Shown piece by piece: positions 57,722 to 64,000 of a DNA stretch of 64,000 bases. The DNA comes from Acidiferrobacteraceae bacterium (GTDB taxonomy: Bacteria; Pseudomonadota; Gammaproteobacteria; Acidiferrobacterales; SZUA-150): positions 291 through 64,290 of the forward strand of contig QIGL01000053.1 of the NCBI GenBank assembly GCA_003228915.1, given 5' to 3'. Within the stretch, counting starts at the first letter, position 1. Each line of letters begins with the position of its first letter. The notes under the pieces were generated by a model. That model had not been told where the DNA came from and ran no database searches. It saw only the letters and a list, made by a program, of their open reading frames with translations. A program made the position numbers and the translations under genes.

Positions 57722-58174
57722 TTAACCAGATAGTGTTTTTAACTTGCTACATAGTGTAAGCAATAAACCCAGTTCTTCGTTGGATAACACCGACTTCATG
57801 CGCTGCTGGACTTCCATGCGAACAGGTAAAATTTTATTTACCAGGTTATTGCCTTTTTTTGTTAATACGAATATTTTTTCCTTGCCGGTTGTGTGTTTTT
57901 CCTCTTTTATCCAGCCACATTTTTTCATTACCTGAAGCTTGCGACTCATGACACTACGCTCGGATTCCAGTTCATTGGCGATCTGGCGTATGGTCACCGG
58001 TTGCAATCGTGCCACTGCCCCCAACACCGGCATTTGGGTGGCACGAATGCCATAGGGACGGTAGGCTTCATCGTACACCTTAAGTACGTAATGGCTGGAA
58101 CGCATCATTTGTAGATTGATACAAGCGGGGCTGTTTATTTCAGTAGAGAATTGATCGTTAACCGCAGTTGCCAT
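57722..58174 (-). CDS. MarR-family transcriptional regulator
   Basis: Winged HTH ATQMPVLGAVARLQPVTIRQIANELESERSVMSRKLQVMKKCGWI. The ATG at 58174 is preferred over the GTG at 58201. Confidence 0.8.
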   Translation of the reverse strand: MATAVNDQFSTEINSPACINLQMMRSSHYVLKVYDEAYRPYGIRATQMPVLGAVARLQPVTIRQIANELESERSVMSRKLQVMKKCGWIKEEKHTTGKEKIFVLTKKGNNLVNKILPVRMEVQQRMKSVLSNEELGLLLTLCSKLKTLSG

Positions 58175-58328
58175 AATTACCCTTGTCCTGTGTATATGCA
58201 CAGGATTATATGTGTATATACACAGATGTCAATATCTCCAGAAAACTAACCTTTAATATTCAGACCTGCCCCGAATCAACCTTATTTATTCTGACTAATA
58301 TCAATGATAGCGCCTCACTGAACAAGAA

Positions 58329-59060
58329 ATGTCTGTACACTACCGCCCTGTCTCTAATTTGTACCTATTGCAACCCGTGACCACAATATCAATTCCAGGC
58401 TTTACTGACCCTTTCAACTCACTCAGTCATTTAATTGGCGCCTTTATATTTTTTATATATGGCATCAAATTAATACAACTATCCCGGGGACACCGTGGCT
58501 GGGTCGCTGCTGTCAGCGTATTTGTTTTTTCGGTTGTATTCCTGTTATCCATGAGCGGCGTTTTTCATTTACTGGAAAACGAGAGTCTGGCCCGCGCCGT
58601 CCTGCGACGCCTGGACCACGCCGCGATATTTGGCTTAATCGCCGGCACCTTCACCCCCGTCCATGTTATTTTATTCAAGGGTTTCTCACGCTGGGGCATA
58701 CTGGTTTTAATATGGGGTCTGGCAATAACCGGTATGACAATAAAAACAATTTATTTTTATGATCTACCCGAAGGTCTGGGTTTATTTTTCTACCTTGGAC
58801 TTGGCTGGATCGGGATTGTTTCGGCTTACCTCACCCATAAATTGCATAATCTCACGGTAATCAAACCACTGATATATGGTGCCCTGGCTTACACAATTGG
58901 TGCCACCCTGGAATTTTTAAAAATGCCTATTATAATTCCCGGCGTGATTGGCCCCCATGAGTTATTTCATATTGCAGTCTTGCTGGGCATTACCTACCAC
59001 TGGCGATTTGTTACCAGTCTGATAATACTGAAACGTTCGGAAATGGTTAATAAGTCCTGA
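58329..59060 (+). CDS. Hemolysin III / PAQR-family membrane protein
   Basis: Seven TM segments, LDHAAIF, and HELFHIAVLLG. Confidence 0.85.
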   Translation: MSVHYRPVSNLYLLQPVTTISIPGFTDPFNSLSHLIGAFIFFIYGIKLIQLSRGHRGWVAAVSVFVFSVVFLLSMSGVFHLLENESLARAVLRRLDHAAIFGLIAGTFTPVHVILFKGFSRWGILVLIWGLAITGMTIKTIYFYDLPEGLGLFFYLGLGWIGIVSAYLTHKLHNLTVIKPLIYGALAYTIGATLEFLKMPIIIPGVIGPHELFHIAVLLGITYHWRFVTSLIILKRSEMVNKS

Positions 59061-59110
59061 AAGTAACAAACCATTTAAATCATTCTGGTTTGCCAGTGGC
59101 CTTCTAATAT

Positions 59111-59148
59111 AAAAAAACCACCACGTTTTACCGTGGCGGCTTTTGTTT
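59111..59148. terminator. Bidirectional rho-independent terminator
   Basis: A7, then CCACCACG-TTTTAC-CGTGGCGG (one mismatch), then CTTTTGTTT. It lies between convergent genes. Confidence 0.7.
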
Positions 59149-59191
59149 ATACAAGTTGTGTTGCTAAAACACTTATAATTAGCTAAATCCG

Positions 59192-60091
59192 TTAAAAACC
59201 CCAGCTATCTTTAAGTAACTCCTTAACATCTGCATATTCCTGGGGCGTGGCTTTAATAAGGGTTTTAGCTCTAAATCGTGTACGCAACTTCTGGGTTGCG
59301 ATTTGGCCATTTGGGCTAATCAGCATTTCTGCAATTTTAAGCCTGACATCAGACGGAATTTCTGAGCTGGCCGTAAACGCTTGTCCTGGGGCTGCATCTG
59401 TAATCAACAGAACCCTGGCTGCCGTACCATTTGGATCCATTTTTTTATATATCTTCAGCGGTACAACTGCGCCATCACACTTACCAGCGATCATGGCTTT
59501 ATAAATATTTCGCCAACCCTTGACTGGCTTCAATACTGGCTGCCGGGACGGGTTAGGAAATGCATTATAGAGCCGTAACGTACCCTGGTTTGGCGGCGCA
59601 TGGCCACAAACTGAACGACCTGCAAGTTTTTCCAGACCGGTCACCTTCTTGTTGTCTTTTTGGGTCAGAAATACAAAAATAAAATCGCCTGGTATTTTTA
59701 CCAATGGCGTATGCTTGGCTTTAGCAATACGCCAGCTGACAAAATGCGGGCCATCAAAAACCAGGTCATATTTATTTTTCTGCATATTGGACTGGTAGTT
59801 AATCCAGCTACCAGGATGCTTGTAGACAAACTTTTTACCGGTTACTTTAGATAAGTACTCGGCAATTGGCCCGTAGGTTTCCTGGCCTTTTTTCTCGGTT
59901 TCCCGGGGTGGGGCAGTAAAAATATATTCGCGTTCAGCAATTTGTGAGGCCGGCCGAATATTGGCATTGCTTGTACGAATAAGATCCAGGGCCGCTGCTG
60001 ATGAAGCCGCGATTAAACTACTTAAAGCAAATGTAATTAAGAGCAGGTGTTTTAATGTCCATGTGGACCGGTAATATGTGTGTCTATCCAT
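59192..60091 (-). CDS. PhnD-like periplasmic substrate-binding protein (orphan, no ABC partners nearby)
   Basis: Signal peptide, then YDLVFDGPHFVSWR and a type-2 PBP-like pattern. GGAGG lies upstream of the ATG at 60091. Confidence 0.55.
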   Translation of the reverse strand: MDRHTYYRSTWTLKHLLLITFALSSLIAASSAAALDLIRTSNANIRPASQIAEREYIFTAPPRETEKKGQETYGPIAEYLSKVTGKKFVYKHPGSWINYQSNMQKNKYDLVFDGPHFVSWRIAKAKHTPLVKIPGDFIFVFLTQKDNKKVTGLEKLAGRSVCGHAPPNQGTLRLYNAFPNPSRQPVLKPVKGWRNIYKAMIAGKCDGAVVPLKIYKKMDPNGTAARVLLITDAAPGQAFTASSEIPSDVRLKIAEMLISPNGQIATQKLRTRFRAKTLIKATPQEYADVKELLKDSWGF

Positions 60092-60528
60092 AAAGCCTCC
60101 TATGCAATATTTTAGCAACAGTCCGATTTATGGCGTTTGCTCTCACAATTGCAATAGGACTGCCATGTCACACTAAATCCAGAAACCTGCGTACTGTCAT
60201 GGTTAAATTACAACAGACGCCTCCGTACCTTCAAACTGGACTTTCAGCAACTAACCGAAAGTCATTCTTACAGCCTAGGACATTTTTAGTAGTTATCTAT
60301 GCTCAAGCCATCAACAAGCGGTAGCGGGCGATGAAAGGGGGGTATTGGTGGAATGAACGGCATTTACTGATCTTACGGGCTCGCGGAAGAATGCAGGGGA
60401 AACAGGCCAAATTAACTGTTTTTTGACTATTATCAAAATTTTATTGCCTGGGAAGGTGTATATGTCAGTAATTGATGGTCTCAAGGCACAATCTGTGATT
60501 AATATTGTAATGAACAGAGGGAAAACCT

Positions 60529-61059
60529 ATGACACAAGCTAACGACAGTAATGCCCTGATGAGTGCACTACGGGCACTCTCTCGCCAGGTAATAATCCTC
60601 ATTACCGGGCTGCGTATGGGAAATTACCGTCCCATGGCGCAGCACAGTGCCGGTAAAAAACTGACTACCCAGTTACGTCAATATATCAAACAAAGCACTG
60701 TCGTTGAGACTAAAAACACCACACGCAACCAACACGACCAGCAACGTCCAAATTTACCTTTCGAACACGTGGCTACGGATATGACTGATGAGGGTCAACT
60801 AACAGATTCCGGTAGTTCCAGCAGCCCGGAGGCCAAACTAAAGTTGCAGACCTCGGCTGGTGAAAACCTGATGCAAAGCACATGGCAACACCTCCACGCC
60901 AGTATTCGCTGCGCCAAAGCGGGCGATAAAAGCGCTGCTAGCTTACACGCCAGTATCATGGATAGCGCGCTCAAAGAAGCAGCACATTTTCTCGACGACG
61001 AGGTATACCAGGAATTTGTCCAAAAACTTGGGGAAGAACTGGGCAGTCACGACAACTAA
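60529..61059 (+). CDS. Hypothetical protein
   Basis: 176-aa ORF with a low-complexity middle and a helical C-terminus. No firm motif. Confidence 0.4.
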   Translation: MTQANDSNALMSALRALSRQVIILITGLRMGNYRPMAQHSAGKKLTTQLRQYIKQSTVVETKNTTRNQHDQQRPNLPFEHVATDMTDEGQLTDSGSSSSPEAKLKLQTSAGENLMQSTWQHLHASIRCAKAGDKSAASLHASIMDSALKEAAHFLDDEVYQEFVQKLGEELGSHDN

Positions 61060-61093
61060 GTATCTAACATGAAGGCTGCTTTGCTTTACATGC

Positions 61094-61969
61094 TTAGGAC
61101 GACGCGACCAGGTAAACACCGGCGACCATCAAACCCCCGGCGATGAACTGCTCGGCTCGCACTTTTTCGTGAAAAAGAAACACGGCAAATACAATACCAA
61201 ATAACAAGCTGGTTCTTTTCACGGCAATCATATAGGCCACTTCTATATACTGTAGGGCAATGAAGTGGGTAATCACCATGACTGCCATTAAAATTCCAAT
61301 CAACAAATGCGGTTTGATATTATTTGATAATAATTTAACCGGGTTACCGCCTCGTATTATAAATATAATGAAAATCGCCGCCCCTAGAAAAACGTAATAA
61401 AACGTCCCGAAAAATAATGGCGTGGTGTAACTCAATGCCGCTTTACCTAACACCGAGGTCACGCTATAAATTATGGCCACGATCAGCATTAGCCTGGAAC
61501 CCCGTTCACGAACAATAGCTAGAAAAGGCGCGAACACATCAAAATACTTTTCGCCCCGGGCATGTTTGATATTCAACAACCAGGCTCCGACAACAACCAG
61601 AAAAATACCCGCCAGACCCGGGCCCGCCACCTGTTCACCGAGAACCAGGTAACCGGTCAACACGTTAAAAATGGGCGTAAAGGCCAGGTATGGCAAAGTT
61701 AATGCCAGCGAGCTGTCTCGTATCGCCTGTGAATAAAGTAACATGGCAATTATTTCCAGGGGCATCACCATCGCCACCCAACCCCAAAATTCCAACGGCA
61801 AATCGGGCAAACCAATGTAAACAAGTAGTGGTAGTAATAACAAACCCGGCATGGTGAAACGAATCACCACCATGGCATCGGCACGATAAGTCGAAAGATA
61901 TTTTTTTGTTACGGCATCGGCGCTGGCCAGGCTAAAGGCGGACAACAATGTCACGAATAACCAGCTCAT
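61094..61969 (-). CDS. EamA/DMT-family transporter
   Basis: About ten TM helices in two similar halves. Confidence 0.8.
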   Translation of the reverse strand: MSWLFVTLLSAFSLASADAVTKKYLSTYRADAMVVIRFTMPGLLLLPLLVYIGLPDLPLEFWGWVAMVMPLEIIAMLLYSQAIRDSSLALTLPYLAFTPIFNVLTGYLVLGEQVAGPGLAGIFLVVVGAWLLNIKHARGEKYFDVFAPFLAIVRERGSRLMLIVAIIYSVTSVLGKAALSYTTPLFFGTFYYVFLGAAIFIIFIIRGGNPVKLLSNNIKPHLLIGILMAVMVITHFIALQYIEVAYMIAVKRTSLLFGIVFAVFLFHEKVRAEQFIAGGLMVAGVYLVASS

Positions 61970-62057
61970 GACTGGCTAAATGAAGTTGCAGCACCGGGTT
62001 GTATTGATATATTAATTTAATGCGCCTTTACAAATTGTATCCAGGGCACGTTATTAT

Positions 62058-62417
62058 CTAACGTGAACAACGTACCGAATGTTTGAGTTTTTTTATTTTG
62101 TTATTGTTCTGCTGCTGCACACGGTCACATTTTTTTGATGTCCCGCTAGCCTGGTAACAGAGGCGTATACTATTAAGTAAGCTGTCGATCTCGCGATTAC
62201 AGGCACGGTCAGGGGTATGGCGGCGACCGATACCAAATTCTTCTGGTGAGTAGTCTGTGCGTTGTTCAGTTGGTTTATCCAATTCCTGTGTTTTCTGCTC
62301 ACAAGCAGCTAACACGATTAGCAGAATCCCAGGTATCACCACCCTGTAAAAACCAGGAAAAGAAATGATTCGTTCAATCACCCCTAACCTATTTGATATA
62401 TTCTGTACTTTCGGCAT
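62058..62417 (-). CDS. Putative lipoprotein, unknown function
   Basis: Lipobox LAAC after a hydrophobic stretch. Confidence 0.4.
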   Translation of the reverse strand: MPKVQNISNRLGVIERIISFPGFYRVVIPGILLIVLAACEQKTQELDKPTEQRTDYSPEEFGIGRRHTPDRACNREIDSLLNSIRLCYQASGTSKKCDRVQQQNNNKIKKLKHSVRCSR

Positions 62418-62445
62418 AGGCTGAGCACTTTATTTAAAAATGACA

Positions 62446-62478
62446 TAAAAATAAAGGCCAGCATAACTACTGGCCTTT
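62446..62478 (-). terminator. Rho-independent terminator of the EF-hand protein gene
   Basis: AAAGGCCAG (62453-62461) and CTGGCCTTT (62470-62478) form a perfect 9-bp stem. A T-rich tract follows on the minus strand. Confidence 0.75.
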
Positions 62479-62505
62479 ATAATTAGTGCTTATTATTTAC
62501 TCGCC

Positions 62506-63534
62506 TTAATGGCTTTTATCGCTTTTATGTTTTGGTTTCTTCTGAAAAAACGATGGCACTTCGCGACCACCGTTAAAAACAACTTCATTGGGCGCATCAG
62601 GATCCACACAGGGATGAACGCCGCCAAAAAAACCTGCCGGGTTCAAATCAAACAACCACGTGTGCAACATCCAGAAATTCATCCAGGCATTGGGGTAAAT
62701 GACGCCCGTCTTGGCCAGGGATGGTGTCGCCTGACATTCGGCAAATGAAGTGTGTTGATCCAGCACAAACTCAGGGCCGGTACCCCTGGCCTGGACGGTG
62801 ACACACAACCCGGCATGGGGATGCCAGAATTCATCCTCGCTTGAGGTAAATTGTGGTGCAGGAATACTAAATGCCTGTACTCGTTCATGCTCCCAAGCAC
62901 CGCCCGGCACAGGATAGTCCAGTGAACTCAGGCCGCTGGGTGCCAACGCATCATTAAACAACGGTTGCGATGGATTACCCCAGAACATGGCTTTAACCGA
63001 ATCGCCGGAGCTGGGAACATTAAGACCTTCTGCGGCATAAAAGTCAGCGGGCTTTAATCCCTGGGTTGATAACACACCCCCCATGCTTAACCAGTGAACG
63101 CCATGGCCTTGCATTGCTGCAGTTCCCTGTTGAAAACCCAGCTGCACTAATTCTGTGGTACTGGTGACTGTTTGAAAGTGTTTGAAACGACTGAACATGG
63201 CAACAATTTCCTGATCAATGGTTTTACTTTCCTTGCCGATATCATGGGTTGCTTCCTCGACATCATGCTCAGATAACTTACCATCAGCATCACGATCATA
63301 AAAAGCATAGTATTGCCCGACGTTAACTGCCCTTGCCAGTTCTGCAATATCTGATTCGGTAACAATGCCATCACCATTAAAATCTGCCACCGACAAAATT
63401 GGTTTAGCGCCCTCCCGACACTCTGATGATTCATCCTCATGCTCAACCTCGTCAGCGAATGAAAGTGAACCCATTGACGCCAGTAACACTATAACCAAAA
63501 AACGACTAATCATTAATTTCTCCCTTAAATTCAT
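62506..63534 (-). CDS. Secreted protein with N-terminal EF-hand/dockerin-like Ca-binding pair and an unknown His/Trp-rich C-domain
   Basis: Signal peptide, then DFNGDGIVTESD and DRDADGKLSEHD loops. The C-domain carries HGVHW, FWHPHAGLC and WMLHTW. Confidence 0.6.
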   Translation of the reverse strand: MNLREKLMISRFLVIVLLASMGSLSFADEVEHEDESSECREGAKPILSVADFNGDGIVTESDIAELARAVNVGQYYAFYDRDADGKLSEHDVEEATHDIGKESKTIDQEIVAMFSRFKHFQTVTSTTELVQLGFQQGTAAMQGHGVHWLSMGGVLSTQGLKPADFYAAEGLNVPSSGDSVKAMFWGNPSQPLFNDALAPSGLSSLDYPVPGGAWEHERVQAFSIPAPQFTSSEDEFWHPHAGLCVTVQARGTGPEFVLDQHTSFAECQATPSLAKTGVIYPNAWMNFWMLHTWLFDLNPAGFFGGVHPCVDPDAPNEVVFNGGREVPSFFQKKPKHKSDKSH

Positions 63535-63625
63535 TTATTAACAGTTATTTGTCATCACTAAAATGATTAATCATTATAAGAGTTTAAGGGGCTAGCGACA
63601 AGCGATACCAGTTATTAGTTATGGA

Positions 63626-64000
63626 TTATTGATCAATTGATTCGAATAACTTCAATATAGCATCCATCATTACGGGCAACTGTTTTTCTCTGATAATATG
63701 GCCCGCCCCTTGCAGCCACAGGGTTTGGGCACCGGGGATCAGTGGTGCGTATTTTTTTGCATGGGCGACGTTTAAAACGGCATCGGCAGTTCCATGAATA
63801 ACCAATACCGGAACTTTGATGTTTTTTAATTCCTCAAGTCTTGATCCTGATACCGTCATGGCGGCAAAATGTTGGGCCATGGCGTCCTGGTTAAAACCAC
63901 GGCGCTTGCGTAGTTCATACAAAACCAGGGCAGACACATCCCGGACGTCTTTCTCTTGCAGGCGGTCGTTCACCATCATACCGATTAGGCCCAGCCACAT
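63626..64000 (-). CDS. Alpha/beta hydrolase, C-terminal part (5' end lies beyond the window)
   Basis: VLVIHGTADAV and GAGHII (catalytic His region). The ORF is open to the window edge. Confidence 0.6.
   Translation of the reverse strand: MWLGLIGMMVNDRLQEKDVRDVSALVLYELRKRRGFNQDAMAQHFAAMTVSGSRLEELKNIKVPVLVIHGTADAVLNVAHAKKYAPLIPGAQTLWLQGAGHIIREKQLPVMMDAILKLFESIDQ

Noticed and set aside
60119-60528. 410-bp region (with a weak 64-aa ORF at 60130-60324) upstream of a hypothetical gene, as a riboswitch or sRNA
   Set aside because: I compared it by eye with recalled c-di-GMP-I, fluoride and Moco riboswitch cores and with tmRNA and found no match. The 64-aa ORF has no SD or motif. An Rfam scan is needed before any claim.

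Overview
Chromosomal segment that looks gammaproteobacterial, judged by gene content (cmoA/cmoB, cysQ, pdxH, sixA, a PhoPQ-like two-component pair, TonB-dependent uptake). It is densely coding on both strands, with about 70 protein-coding genes or gene remnants. I found no rRNA, CRISPR array, transposase or integrase. The clearest functional block is a cobalamin-riboswitch-controlled B12 uptake and salvage operon (5457-13399: riboswitch, btuB, a small membrane protein, cobO, cobQ, cobU, cobT, cobC, cobS). It is followed by glycerophosphodiester/glycerol-3-phosphate genes. Other content is housekeeping and accessory: three rhodanese sulfurtransferases, a cNMP-GGDEF protein, transporters, and MarR, Crp and SARP-like regulators. 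Eight things deserve a second look. (1) A 59-nt tRNA-Phe-like gene at the window start has every arm except the D-arm, and a degenerate copy of the tRNA 3' end follows it. (2) A tightly packed operon of GT2, nucleosidase-like protein, SPL-family radical SAM enzyme and SDR has no pathway I can name. (3) A 198-nt nested inverted-repeat element sits between convergent genes. (4) A 10-bp-phased cluster of four GATC sites lies directly upstream of a pilU-like gene that carries three independent lesions. (5) A second glycosyltransferase is frameshifted in a homopolymer. (6) A candidate BtuM-type B12 transporter is embedded in the cob operon. (7) A double CDGSH domain is fused to a GltB-like protein. 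(8) There is a secreted histidine-rich small protein. All functional calls rest on motifs read from the supplied translations and on recalled family knowledge. No database search was run.
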